This document shows positions 39,141 through 53,123 of a stretch of 64,000 bases of DNA, in pieces. Position 1 is the stretch's first letter, and every line of letters starts with the position of its first letter. The DNA lies in assembly GCA_000320545.1 (NCBI GenBank), contig ADNK01002286.1, positions 62,001 to 126,000 of the forward strand, written 5' to 3'. This stretch comes from Bigelowiella natans CCMP2755. Its lineage: Eukaryota; Protista; Cercozoa. The notes beneath the pieces were generated by a model, which saw nothing but the letters and a program-made list of their open reading frames with translations, ran no database searches and was not told the origin of the DNA. Position numbers and translations under genes: made by a program.

Positions 39141-39585
39141 GAAACATGTTTTCTATTATTTATATTAATGTACATATATAACATCTACATGTATAACGCG
39201 AGAGGGCAAATGAGAAAGAAGATGAAAGGAGAGAGGTCAATCAACGAGAAGTGGACTTTTCACCCAAAATACTTCGTTTTGGAGCATATGAAGTGGAATA
39301 TTAAAAACAATCAAGTGAAATCCTTTAATTACCAGATGGGAATTCACCTTTTATGTTTCGACATCCGAATCGCTCTTCCATGCGGAACAAAAGAGGTAGC
39401 CGAAATCAAATTAAGTCGTAGCAATTCCCTCACTTCATTATTTCCATGGCTATCTCTCGAAGATCGTACTTGCCTTCCATGTCCACAGTGATTTGAGGTT
39501 AAACATAATCAATAAGGTTCCCACGGCTCTTGCTTGCTGCGGCTGTTTCTGCTACAACGAGGAGGAAGTCACAGGGCTCTACTAG
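37286..39585 (+). CDS. Uncharacterised cysteine-rich protein, ~12 short exons
   Basis: Spliced: MTVAAPTDSNNDK...SACCCCLCSLYTLWPECCGLEMNGQVCCCNIKDACLC...GIHLLCFDIRIALPCGTKEVPTALACCGCFCYNEEEVTGLY*; all junctions GT-AG and phase-consistent. Confidence 0.8.
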
Positions 39586-40100
39586 TCTAGCTAGCTAGAA
39601 AGCACATGCACAGCTAGACAGATCGAATCATTGCTCCGAGATGTTCATTGTGATACGCATTGTCTACCATCAATTATTCATCAACGCAACGTTCCTCGAA
39701 AGTTCGTCGATGTTCAATTGAACAACAAGAGGGGTTAGAGGGCACGCTAGCACGCTTCACATGCTAGCATGCACGCAGGGACTCACTAGCTCATACACTG
39801 CTAGACTGCACATTGCACATGCATGTGAAGCACATGTACGCGCTTCTGTTTGCGCCGATCCTCATACAAGCGAAGTGCAAATCAGGAATAGTCGATGTAA
39901 GATGCGATACCTTGCATGTGATGAATTGCTCACGTTCATGCCTTCTGGCTTTGGTCGAAATGAATTGTAGCTAGAATAGGGGTTATCCATTTTGCATGCG
40001 CGCATCATTCGATCATTCGATCCTGCATGGCAGGCTCCATCATTCACGCTTAAACTTTGGAGTTAATTTAAAAATACCACAGCATGCACATGTATGGAAG
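39580..40100. other. Palindrome-rich tract T4 between convergent Cys-rich (+) and claudin-like (-) genes
   Basis: Begins at the stop codon (tag tctagctagctag); CACGCTAGCACG at 39743, CATGCTAGCATG at 39760, cacatgcatgtg. Confidence 0.85.
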
Positions 40101-40326
40101 AACAACGTAATTTCTGTGATGTACGGGTAAATGATATTTGTATTGCACCTATCAAAGGCATTAGTTTGAAGTTTGGCCCATGATTCACGACACGGACGCA
40201 CGGAAAATTAAATTTAAATCTAGCAAAAAAGTAGATGCAACCTGGAAACAAAGCAAAGCATCCGGATCGGAGGTCTATCTATCATGCAATCAAAGAGGCT
40301 CACCATATACTGTTAAAAATGTGTAA

Positions 40327-41848
40327 TTATACAGAGGAAAGTCTTCCCGAGCCAAGTGCCACTGGTTCTGGAGGTTGCAATTTTTCATCCTTGCCCTTTC
40401 CTTGAGCATTAACTGCATATGCCCGAACAACCTGAGAATAGGAACAAGATAAAATTGATTTATGGACGGTCATCTCAGCAGTAATTATCTTAGGCAGGAT
40501 TACCCCCCCGCCAGTATTTTGGGGTGGTGGCCCGTATGGTCGCTTCTTGCAGGTGCATGAGATTGTAGAACATGTAACAATCGCACATATCTGTTTCAAA
40601 GGTGATATTTAGTATAAATGAGAGCTTTCCACGAGTTTGTCGTAAACATTCTTACCGTAGCAAACCACATATAAATGTACGAGCCACCGAAAGCCGTACG
40701 AATAGTAACGGTCGAGCTTTGGCCAGGAGTTAGAACTTGATTTGCCAAGCTATCACCAAAGGATCTTCCATTATCCTAATCAAGTTATCGTATTGTTTCT
40801 GAGGAAATATGACATACATGTGATCTAATTTATTTCTTAAAAGCTTACCTCCACTTCGTTTCGGCATGATGCAGCTAACCCAAGGCTTTAGATAAAATAG
40901 CGTACATAAGAAAAGGTTTACAAAGATAATTAAAAAACAGACCATAATATTCCACAGAAGATCATACCACCAGCTATAGATGCGCTGGTTACTTTCACCT
41001 TGAAACTCAGATGGTCTTAAAAATATAAAGATTACGTTTTACTCTTTAAAATATATGAATGACGACAATACCATCTTGGAGATTTCGAATCATGAATGCA
41101 AAGAAGGCAAGGGATCCAAAGAAAGCAACCAGGCTAAAAAAGACTAAAGAATGCAATGAGGTAATTAAAATTAAAATTGATTCATATTCGCAAATTTATT
41201 CAGAATCTTATACCTAAGGCACCGCCAGCACTCTGACATTCATCGCAAAAGTCTTTAGTACAAAGCAGATGCATCATCGGAAATGTTGGATTCCGAAACA
41301 TGTGAAATACTTGACACCTCCATCACAATCATCGTCATTATAGCCAATTGTATCTGGTTCAAATAATTGCCTTCCATCGAAAAGGCTTCCAGGTGCATCA
41401 ACATCAGAACTTTCGATCTGAGAATTGGTTACATTATAAAACTGTCAAAGGTGCTACTGTTGTTCAATGTAATAGCATTTCCATTTGTTTTTTGTACATG
41501 TCATTATATTTACGTCCGCCAACGTACTCTGAAGTCTGTAGCGAAGTAAGACGAACGAACTTCAAGTACAGAAGTGTCTAAGTTTTCAAGAATAATTTTC
41601 TGCGAGATCCATCTGAATGAATCCTTGTCATCTGGATTTCCAACTGAACTTCCTTTAAAAAGAACACTAGCGTTTCAAATGCTCGTGGAGTACCTTCTTA
41701 TTTCGATATTTAATGATGCTCTTCTCTATATAGAGTATACAACATTACATTATCCCTCACCTCCAAGTGCGAGGACAAAGAATAGGATCCCAATAGCATT
41801 GAAGACGAATGCTACGTTCTTTGCCGTCCTGAAGCCACAACAACACAT
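40327..41848 (-). CDS. Claudin/amastin-like four-TM membrane protein, ~10 exons
   Basis: MCCCGFRTAKNVAFVFNAIGILFFVLALGG...W...CDGDFCDECQSAGGALVFFSLVAFFGSLAFFAFMI...GGMIFCGILCLGLAA...FGGSYIYMWFATICAIVTC...GRLSSV*. Four hydrophobic segments with a Cys-containing first loop; family assignment is by topology only. Confidence 0.75.
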
Positions 41849-42628
41849 TGTTTCTGTTCGCTTTCAATAAGATCTGAACACGGAATAATTCACCGGAACC
41901 TCGACTACAAAATATAGGAGTATTACTCAGCATTGGCTTGAGAAAATGATGTCGTATGTGTAAATATGCCTCGGAGCTGAACTATGTGTGGAGAGACTTC
42001 CTTCATAGAGAAGATATTTAAGTTTGTGTGGCAGTGCAATTCGTAGTACATGAAAGCAAGAGATTCTCTTCAAAAGAAGGAGATCTTCCCTCCGCGACTT
42101 CATATTATCCAGATGTCTCATGCAGCACAAATGGGAGGGAAAGCAAGGAGACTTAAAAGTTGGATATTGCAAAATTCGAAGTCGCACAGTATTATTACAT
42201 TAACATCTTAAATATCAAGAGTATTGAGATTTATCTCTTTATTGACATAAAATTTGTGCTTTCGGATAGAAAATCCCATCCTTTCCCCGTAAACGCCTCG
42301 GGTCGAGCTCCGCACACGGTGCGAATTTTAAGTAGATCTATCGGATAAGAAAGGGTGTGAATATGCAGAAACGCTTTCTAAGTATGGGTAGCGACAGACG
42401 AACTGACAGAATATTGCCAGTAAAACTCCTTTACCCACACATTTCCCGTGAATGTACCGAGAAAGGGAAGTCGGAGTGCTGCCTAAAAGTCACGAAAACG
42501 GCTCCACAACGTACAGAGGAGGGGAGGTGGAGGGAGTCAACCATGGAGAAGAGAGAAAGGGAAAGAGAAATAGAGAAGAATAGAACTAAACAGAAGAACA
42601 TGTGAGCTAAAAACTGCTGTTCGTACAG

Positions 42629-44190
42629 ATGGAAAGCACAAGAAGAGAGTGGATAATAAGCAATTTGATCAAGGTACAGAAAACCTGCGGACATCGCGCT
42701 CTCTAATATCCTAATTGTGTTGGATCGAGTTAATTTTTATTCATGATTATAATGGAATCTCCTATCTATTTACAATATATCAGCTGGTCATTTTATTTGG
42801 TCATTTTGGAATCGTGACGATGTTCCTAGCCACTCCTTGCTCGCAGACGTGGAAAAGAACCCTCCACTTTGGATGCATATTGTACGTGATGCAATGAACT
42901 CAATGAACAGTTGTGACATCCATGCAATGCAATCAGTATCCTGAGTCCATTGTCTACGAACAACCATTTGTCAAATAATGTTGGTCAGATCGAGCCTGCT
43001 TCTTATAGTTCTCTTTCTTTGGATCATCACGGAACAAATTGATTGGGAAGTCTATGCGGTGCTACTTATCTCGAGTGCCTGTATACAGCTTGCGATGGTG
43101 TTACAAACTTAATATATTTTGTTCAAATTTGATGATAAATTTTCGATACTCAATTTTGCCTTGTTGGTTTGCGCAGGGCGCTTTAATACTGGATTCCGCA
43201 TTGATGGCGTTATACAATATAGCAGTTTTCCACACAAAGGTGAAACAACATTGTTTTGTTATCACTAAATATATTGTTTTTCTTTTTTAATACACAACTC
43301 ACTCATACTGTACAATTATAAGGAGGGACAATTAAGAAATACACAGCTGAACGTAAGAAGTTTTTATCCTTTTACTAACCGCAACAGATAACTAATCAAT
43401 TACTACGCACATAAATATTGGGGAAGTTCCGAGAAACAATTCAAAGTAACTTTCGACATAACAATAGATGCGGCCGCTGGCAAATGTACTGACAACATTT
43501 GCATTCCTTCTAATAATTGGAAATATCGTTGCATTGGTAAGCAGAAAATTACATTCGTTGTAGTCATAGAACTGATATTTTTGAGATATTTCAGGCCGGT
43601 CTTCTCATTACGAACGAGGTTCGGTGGAATGCCTTCAGGCTACTAATTGCAAGCCCATTATTTCTCGCAGGTAAAAATTCCATTTTCCACTCGGAGTTTA
43701 TCTTATGTTTCTTCTCTATGTCCACAGGAGGAATTATCGCTGCAGCTTCCTTATCCCGGTATCAAATACAAAACTGTGTGTTCAGTAAGAAACCACTGTA
43801 TTCTTTTTTGTGATGATTTTGTGAATCTCACATTGATATCATGGATGCTTCTATTGACACCGTGAATTGGCATGTGACACTGTTCCAAGATTACTGCTCA
43901 TTGTGAAAGAGTCTCATGATCAAATCAAAGAATCTACTAGTAATCAATCCTGATATAATTTGCAAAATTATGCATTACTGTTTTATGAGGTATTGAATGT
44001 TACAGGTGGTCCTCTCAGTCGTTCTAATCTCAAACAAAAAGCAAATTGGGTAGATACGCACGCAATAAGAATCTAAATAGAAAATAAGCTAAATATTAAC
44101 ATTCCCTTCTCTCTTACCCTTATTCGCCGCGATATATCAATGCTACAAAATAATGATTTCTTTACTTGCAACACCCCCCCCCCCCCCCCC

Positions 44191-44228
<38 letters not shown>

Positions 44229-47072
44229 TATTCCATGTGGGCGCGCCCGTGTTTTTGTGTGTGTGCTCGGATATATCCAATGGCAGACCCCCAAAGTATC
44301 ACGGTCACGATTGCGAGGTGATTCAATTTCATGACAACATAAATTTGAGTCATGTCAGTTTGTGCAGAGTCTCCTCTTGTTGATACACTATCAATAATAT
44401 TGAAATAGAACCACAAAAGACACAGGATGCTCACAGTGGAGAGGCCCAATCTTTAAAACCTACGGGTATCATACTCCATCAATTTTATGAATATATACAT
44501 TAAATGGTATCTAAAACATGTTTATGCGTGTTGTGAGTTACAACTTATGTTCGTTTTGTATCAGTTTCAGTACGCAGTAGCACTGATAAGGTATCATTTG
44601 AATCTATAACTAAAGTTTAAGAATACGTTATTGCTCATTATGTTGCTCAGGGATTCATTATGAATTTAAATTATTATCTTAAGGTTACTGACATGAAATT
44701 GATGGACCAGTTTCATCTGGAATTACCCTCACAATCCCCAGCGGTGCGTGTCCACTTAGAACGTATGTGGTGATGGAAGAAAATTTCCAATATTATTAAA
44801 TCTGGCTTGAAACAGACGAACATCAAATTTCCAATTATCAAAGGTGGATCCCCCAGATTCAATTTGACTGGTCAATATCTGATGCTTTGAACCTTTGCAT
44901 ACAATTCGAATAATTTTGAACATTCCATTTTACAGATAGAAGCATCAATGTAAACAGTCCAAGTTTTCGTGGTAAAGGTTTTTGTCTCTGTACACAAACT
45001 GATATTGAAGTAATATTGAACTTTAATATGCAAACGATGCACCCATGTATCTTTCAGACTCAAAACTCAGAAGACCAAGAATGGCAAGAAAGGGTGATTA
45101 TTTTAACTATGCATCCCACGCTGGATAAAATTTTCCTATCCCTCCCTCTACCATTGTTACTTCAATCTCTCTGAATACGAGGCATGTATCATAAATCTAG
45201 TTCTTAAGCAAAAAGAAGCAGCAGATGACGCGCTGGTGCATGCAACTGATGTTCAATCTGGTATTTGGAATGTAACAAGTTACTAAGACTTAAGAAAACA
45301 TTATGCATTGTGTATGAGATTCTTTTGATTAATATTAGATTCATCTATGTCGAGATCAAATTCAAAGTTGCCATCCATGGGAAAATATTCACCGACTCTA
45401 ACAAGCAGTAATAATATTGACGAAGCCAGATGGGGTCATGGTATGGAAAATACTACAACGATGCTTCCACCACAGCATGGCGAAGGGAAAATAGTTCCAG
45501 CATCTGAAATAAGTAAAGCGAACAGTAAAGTCAAATCTGAACACCGTATGCATTTTGTTAAAATTACAAATTACAAATTTCGGTGTTATACTAATAGCGA
45601 TTTACGTTTTAGTGTGGCTGCTGCATAAATTTTGATGATACTTATGTTAAATTCTGTCGCGTATTTAGATGCAAACCCTGTCAGCGTTCATTTTGCACCG
45701 TTACCATCAAGAGATAGTAACACTAATGTAAATGTCGGCAATGGAATGGCTCCTGCAGTACGATCACAACGAACTCTTAGTAATACCTCCAGCAAATCCT
45801 CCGGCAAGAGAGGGTAGTCGTATTGGTTCCTGAAATAATAATAAGCTAATTCATGACCTTACTAAAAGGGTTCTGGTGAACGAAGATGATGCAATGAGTA
45901 ACTGAACTAAGAGAGGAGAGTATTATTTGATTATTTGCCCGTTTGTGAAACGATAAAGTACCTGATTAATTCTCCTTTATGTTCATTTGAACTTAAATCA
46001 TTTTTGCTGTGTGAAAGGCGGTATAGAGAATGTTCGAAGCAGAAACAAGACCAGTTACCCAAGCCAGAGCCATCTCGTACAACAGAATCGATGCCATAAC
46101 AATAAGACCGAGACTGACGCCGATCCTAGTCGTAATCCTCGGGAAACTTCTCGTATGTTCCTAAATCTAAAACTATTGAACACATATTGGGTAGCAACGT
46201 CTTTGAGAAAACTGAGATGTCCATCTGCAAGAAAAATTCTGTTGATATCAGCGTGTAGTATATTAACTCATTAATTCTTTAATTTCAATGTAGCACGAAT
46301 TAGAAGTTGGATAAGGAAGAAACGTAGAAGAAACGACGACGACAGTAAGCAACAAAATCATATTTTAGTCAAGAAATATATTACCTGAATTCAAAACTTA
46401 CGTGATTGATTAAATGAAAATTTAGTGAAGAATAAATTTTTTAGGCCCAAAGGATGCCTTGAAGGCTACCATGATTCACCTCATTCGACTGATTTCTATC
46501 ATACTGTAATAACTTGAGCATAATTAGGATTGAATATGTAAATATAACATATTAATCAACAGGGCTGTAGTCGTCGCTGCGGCAGTGTTGCTGATATACG
46601 CTCTCGTTGTGGACGGCTTCAATACTGAGGGTCGATACAGTGATGAAATCAATGATAGGTTCTACTCAGGAAGGTAGACATGAAGGCGCCATTATGCGAA
46701 ATTACTAAAATAATTCAGCGCACCGTTGTGATTATCAGGTACTCTATCACGGCTGATCTTTTTCTCTACACCTCTGTTGCAACACAACAAATTCTAGTTC
46801 ATTACAGCTACGTACCAGGGTCAAAATTACTATCTTTTCTTCATTGTGTCATCATGATGCCATGTAACAACACTGTGCGCCAAAACAACAAATGGCGTGC
46901 CACGTGCAGTGTCTTGAATGTCATGAGATACACATGGATCGACCGATTCAGTGAATTCATTGTCTTTCCTTACATGTCTAACAGATTTTGGAAATGGTGG
47001 CTCAAGAATGTGCTCAGGTGTGAAGCTTGTACGTCTGTGTGCAGATGCACTATATGTGTATGTGGCGTGTAG
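42629..47072 (+). CDS. Multi-pass, probably 7TM GPCR-like membrane protein with a long loop after TM5
   Basis: Five hydrophobic segments in exons 42629-43760 (LVILFGHFGIVTMFLA, SSLLLIVLFLWII, GALILDSALMALYNIAVF, VLTTFAFLLIIGNIVALAGLLI, LLIASPLFLAGGIIAAASL). Ser-rich hydrophilic exons span ~43900-46350, then HLIRLISIILAVVVAAAVLLIYALV and ADLFLYTSVATQQILVHYSY. Exact 3' end uncertain. Confidence 0.7.
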
Positions 47073-47099
47073 CAAAATGAAATCATTGCACAATTTCAA

Positions 47100-47450
47100 C
47101 TGGTTCATCATGCATGCTAGCATGGTGACGCGTGGTTATTTGCCTCCGCTAGCTAGCTAGTACGTGTGCTTTACTGTTCTACGCACGCTCGCTAGCTCGC
47201 AGCCCGGAGCGCATGTGTTCGTGCATTTGGCTGGAGCAAACCAACATCATTGGGTTCGCTAAGTCTTTAGATCTAGAAGATATCAGCAATTATCATAACA
47301 TGAACTGTGACCACATCTTGACATCTCTAGATCTCTAGCTAGCTAGATCTAGATATACAGCTTAGCTAGCTAGCATGAGAAGATATTCTACATCATCATT
47401 AACGTAGTTTATCATTGTCCTCTCTACTAGTTTAGATCTAGCCATTTCTA
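47100..47450. other. Palindrome-rich tract T5 between convergent 7TM (+) and SnoaL (-) genes
   Basis: CATGCTAGCATG at 47113; gctagctagctag at ~47148; ctctagatctctagctagctagatctagat at ~47325-47355; agctagctagcatg. Confidence 0.85.
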
Positions 47451-47770
47451 TATTTGTTAGATTTGCTTATTGGATGATCCATTTTCATTATTCACACTTT
47501 TAATTCATTAAACCGCGAGACTGCTCTAAATTTTATCGTCTTCCTTAGTTTTTCCACGTTTCAGCTGAGCATTATTCATTGTTGGGGTAGGAAGACATAT
47601 TGACTGCCACTCTATAACGTGGTATTGCTGGTATTACAATGCGAAAACCCGACGTAACGACGTGGATTTACTTTCCGGTCGTTGATCTACACAACTGTCA
47701 GTCATCGTTTGTTTTTACCGTGATTCCATGCAGCATAACAAATCAACTGCGGGTACTACAAACACAAACG

Positions 47771-48017
47771 CTACGACGAAGAAGAAGACGATGATTGTTT
47801 TCGAGATGAACCAGCAGCAAGGGGTGGAGATGAGTCTCTACCTCTTGTGTTAGTAACCGGCAATGCCGGCACCACGGAAGGATTCCGCACCTGCTGGCTT
47901 TGTTGCACAATCTCGTTGTTATTCTTCGTGCTGCCCAAGGCCATGATATATGGACGAAACAGAAATTGGACAAGAGGTGCAGTTATTAGGCCAATCACTC
48001 GCCAAGGAGCCTATATC

Positions 48018-48069
<52 letters not shown>

Positions 48070-49695
48070 GGGGAGATGTACGGAATGAGAACAAGGAAAG
48101 ATCCGTTTGTAAATGGTACTACAATTGTATACATATAGGAATAGCTGTGCATGAAATAAACCTTGTATTATTATGATTTTCTTAATGATGTATCTTGTCT
48201 CTAGATCGTTGTTATTATCCATCCTCTTACTTACTACGTGTACTCCATTTCTACTACCTCCGCAATGTCGACAACTCGACAAATCTTCCCGGAGCGAGGA
48301 CATATTCGAGCCTGTTATATATAACCAGCAACCATTGAATGGGATGATGCTAACATGCTCTGAAAGGCTCATGCTAGTACGCAACGCATGCGTCATTTTT
48401 GTATGGCCATCTCCATTGTAGTAGTAGTAGTAGTAGTGATCGTAGTGGGAATAGTAGTTTTAATAGTAGTACTACTACCTGTGTGAGGCCTCTTCCGAGA
48501 GGAAAAGGCTTTCGATTCACCTCAACGTGCCACTCAACGCCGACTAATATTTTAATTATAAATTATCGTACAGAGATAGAGAGATTGTAATATTAAAATA
48601 GGGATTACGTATTTCTTCTTCTATCGTCATCACCCCTTATAATAACATCACAATTCTTCACATACCAGAATCCCATCCTTCAGCTACGCTGTCAACGACA
48701 AGGTGGAAATCTACATTTAGATCATGGCCTTAATCAATTAATGGAATGACATATATTGCGCTCCATACTACTTTTACTCTAAATCCCCCCTTTCTTTCTG
48801 AGCGAAGGATGATATTGACATACATCGAAACGCTCGAACAACTGCTCGTTACAGGAGGAATCTTATTTGTTGTTGGCTACTATTTGAAGAAGAAGCCTTA
48901 CCCGGTGCTTTGAAAGGGAGGTACTTGTCAATCTCGCCCATGATAAATGCGGGGTGGTATCTGACGAATAAACAACAGCAGTAACGATCAGAACAAGAGG
49001 ACATCTCTTCTTTCTCCTTTGAAGCACCCTCGAGGGTGCTATCTTATTGCCTTCTTCACTGTTCCTCTGTTACTTCTACCGCCGTTATACTTGTAATACC
49101 TGAGAGCAGCTTCGAACGCTTTCTTTCCTCTACATATAGTTGCTATGTAGTAATATAAGAATGAAATTTTATGTATAAGATCAAGCGAGTAGTTAACAAG
49201 AGTGTAAATTCACCAGGGCCAAGGAGTAAGTCCTCATAAAGGCAATCTTCTGTCAAAAACGCTGATGCTGCCGTTGCATTTCGATTGTTGAAAGCATTGT
49301 ACATTCCAAGGATGGCCTCACTTGGAGTGTAACCCCCCTGAAATATAATTATGATATCATTAGCCAATACCATCTAGAATGTCGAAGTAAGCAGGAAAGC
49401 TCCACAGATGACAAACAGCAAGATTGCCTCACTCTACCTTCGCCTTTGGAATCTTTGCCCTCTCCAAGCTAGATTCAATCGATATACCCGATGACTTCCC
49501 CTGCAAAGCTTGGATCCTGGAGTTCATTCTGCCATCATCACGTCTTCTGTTTTTCCTTGCATCAAGGTGCGGTGTTGTTGTACACCTTGAGCATGCCATG
49601 GAACTCAAGCGTGATCTCGCACGACTGCTGGTGGTTGGGAGACGAGCGCTGGACTGTATGATTTCTATAAAAAGTAGGATGTACAGTACCAGCAT
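47771..49695 (-). CDS. SnoaL-like/NTF2-fold protein with probable plastid-targeting leader (alternative ATG at 49836)
   Basis: MLVLYILLFIEIIQSSA plus Arg/Ser-rich leader; EAILGMYNAFNNRNATAASAFLTEDCLYEDLLLGP...ICRGKKAF; WHVEVNRKPFPLGRGLTQ; GKICRVVDIAEAPWRV. Confidence 0.8.
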
Positions 49696-50561
49696 AGTGC
49701 TCGGTGTTAATCTAGGGGGGGTGACCACGACTTCAGCGAATGGCTCTGAGCTCTTGTTTGATTTGGCTGAAACAGCTGGAAATTCGCTACAAAAACCATG
49801 TCGCTCTCTTAGTTTTAGCACCCAATTGCGAGTCATTTTAATCAGTATTTGCTTATTTCGGAAGTTCCTTTTTCCTGCGGGAAATATCGTAGATAAGCAA
49901 GCTCGTCACAACCAGATTATTTTTGTCCCAGGATTTCCAGAGATAATCTCTTAGAATAATCTGGCAGGGATTCCATATGGGATTCCACTTGTTGACTTTC
50001 AATAAAAATTGCCTCCTTCTCATTGCCGAGGTTCAAAAGAAGGAAAACGTGCAAGCTTATAAGTGTAATATGAGATCATATTAGTCGCAGGCCATAATGA
50101 CCAGCCATTCTGGCATGCTGGTCCACATAATTTCTTGAGATACGAATTCGGTCAACGGTCGATCTATTCTTAGATTCTCAGAGCTCTATACATCAGTGGG
50201 AAATAACTGGGGCGACAACACAAAACAACTGCCGCATGCGCACTTCGATGGGTTCCGGGAAGTCTGGAAAACATCGTGGGAATGTACAAAGTGTGCTGTT
50301 TCCAAAGAATTTGCATGTAGTTGTTGTCGGAAGAGGTTTTGTAAAAGTAAAGTACGATTTCCATTCGTAGCATGTTCTTTGGGTAAATATTTGCCCAAAA
50401 CTGCACATTTCTTTCTCCTCGCTTCCTCAGTATTGCAGCTCCAGCCTTCAGTGCTGGAAGCATCGATTGTTCCCACAGCTCCCAGCCAAAGGGAGCAAGG
50501 GGGGGGGTTAGAGGAAGGGGGCATTAAGCTTCATAAAAGAAAAGGAAAAGAGCGAGAGAGA

Positions 50562-50599
<38 letters not shown>

Positions 50600-50723
50600 A
50601 AGAGAGAGAAAGAGATTATTCAGCCGGTGTATGGAGGAAGCACATCCCGCACAGCGCAGAGAACCGGAGAAGAGCCTGTATTAAGCGTAATTGTTACGGA
50701 GGTCGTGTCTTTGTAGTACAAGA

Positions 50724-50861
50724 ATGATGATAAATCATCCAGCTCTTCTCATCATTGTGGTAATAGACAATACGGCGAGTAGATATAAAACATGCTGTAC
50801 AAATTCGTTTGTTTATCTTGAAAAACATAATGTATGCGTATTGTATATTTATATATTTACA

Positions 50862-50944
<83 letters not shown>

Positions 50945-51734
50945 GTATGTGTAGATGTGTGTAGGTGACATGTACGCGTTTGCTAATAATATGTAAACAT
51001 TATTCCAAAACTTATTATTCGAAAGAGTTGGTTATGCTTTGTATCACAAAACAACCCTGCGTCAGTTCATTTGTCTATCCTTACCTATCTTCTCCTTTGC
51101 TCCTCAGGGAATCTTCCTACTACAAATTTCTACAGCAAGAGCAACATCTTCGCCATCTCTATCACCATCTTTGAGCCCTTCTTCGCTGCCTTCCTCCTCC
51201 CCCTCACTTGCACCTACGTTATCTCCCTCTACTTGCAGCCCTTTGTTGGCTTCCGTGTCACCGTCCTCTTCGCCAAGTAAGAAGCGCCGCATTTATTCGT
51301 TTCGCTTTGAAGATGATTATTAATGTTGAGTACTCAATTCAAGGCACTGATGATGCCAAAATTAGATATTATGATGTTCTTTGTAATGTCGTAGGTTATT
51401 ACTACATACAACCACTACTACTACTACTACTACTACCACTATTATTCTGGCTTCTGTTTTATTTTTCCTTGTTGTTGTTGTTGTCGTTGTTGTCATTATC
51501 TGTTACAGGCTACTCGTCATGTAACCCTACAATGGCGCCCACACTGACAAGAGCTCCCACAATAACACAATCACCCTCGCAGAACCCAACAAACATGCCA
51601 TCAAAAGTCCCGACAGTAACATTTTCTCCTTCCTCTGCTCCAACATTAGGGCCTACTCAGGCTCCGACGGAAACGGGTAATAATCAATCGTTTCTTCTTA
51701 CACTAAAAGTTCAGATATCTAGAGCGATGTCGAT

Positions 51735-51778
<44 letters not shown>

Positions 51779-51812
51779 CCTCCCCCCCGCCCCCCCCTTT
51801 CAAAAAAAAAAC

Positions 51813-51848
<36 letters not shown>

Positions 51849-53047
51849 TGCGACCAACATTAAATATATTTTTTCTAGATTCACCCACAATAACGCGAAA
51901 TCCCTCTGTGGCACCTTCTTCGCGACCAACACTCAATCCCAGCGTGTTCATCTCATCGTCTCCAACGACATCCATACCAACACAAACACCGACTACATTT
52001 TCACCATCAAGCCCTATTTCGCAGATTCTCACCATTAAATTACGGTATTAGCATTGAAATGTGTATGCTCTAGCACGTCGTTGTCGTTTGAAAGGGGAAA
52101 TGGGTGTCGGTAGGTAGGTAGGTAGGTAGATAAATAGGTAGTAGTAGTAGTGGGGTAGCAATGCTTGTGTATGCGAGCGGAGGAGGGAGGAGGGGCGTTT
52201 GAAAAATATAATTTTGAAACTCAAAATATTATAAGTCGGTTGCTGTGTAGGTGAGAGGGTGCATGCTGATAGCAAGTGGTCTTTGTTGTGTGTGTGTGTG
52301 TGTGTCGGTCTCTTCTTCCTACTCCTCCTACAGGTTTTCCTTGGTGACGTTTCGATCACTAAGCACTCGAGAGAAGAACGAATTCGAGGACAACATACAG
52401 CTGTGTATTTCTCGCTCAGAAAATGTGCCCTTGGACGCCGTGGACCTCCAAGCTGTTTCCTCAATCGCGGTAGTTAGTTGATTCATTTGTGGTTTGATTT
52501 GATTTGATGACGTCGTCTGATGGCGGTAGACGGAAAAGGGGGGGGGATAAGAAATAGTGGGAAGAAACTCTGCTCTTTGCCCTATTCGTTGAATCTGCAG
52601 TGTATTGTTGGTGGGTCTTAAATTGATGTCTATTAATCTACCATTAAGCGATGCTAACCCATTGGCGACCACCTGCGCGACTGCTCTGTTACCCTATTAG
52701 GATGGGGGCACAAGAATCACTACAGAAATTCTCTTCTTCTCCTTAAACTCGGCGACGTTCTTCATGGTAGTGTTGATTGATGGGTTGGATGGTGGCGAAA
52801 TGATGTATTATTACCTATATTATTACCATGCATAAAACCAATCGATTGTCAGATGGCCATCGTTACAAATCACGCGTAAGTATCATAACAAATATTTCGT
52901 CGTCCTCGTCGTTTCTTCGCAGGAGAGGGTATCTGATAACTCGTCAGCTATATTTAACACGGAGAATCTATTTCGTGTTGCGGACTATGGGGTAATCAAT
53001 ATCATCAAATATTAGATTGTTGTAAATATATATATTATATACATACA

Positions 53048-53123
<76 letters not shown>

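Noticed and set aside
49424-50684. Plus-strand ORFs of 176 aa and 162 aa
   Set aside because: The first is antisense to SnoaL exon 1; the second runs through promoter DNA and a (GA)n repeat with no domain.
51071-51280. Hydrophobic alternate frame of the mucin exon
   Set aside because: The Ser/Pro frame splices in phase with the signal-peptide exon and downstream exons; this frame is a by-product.
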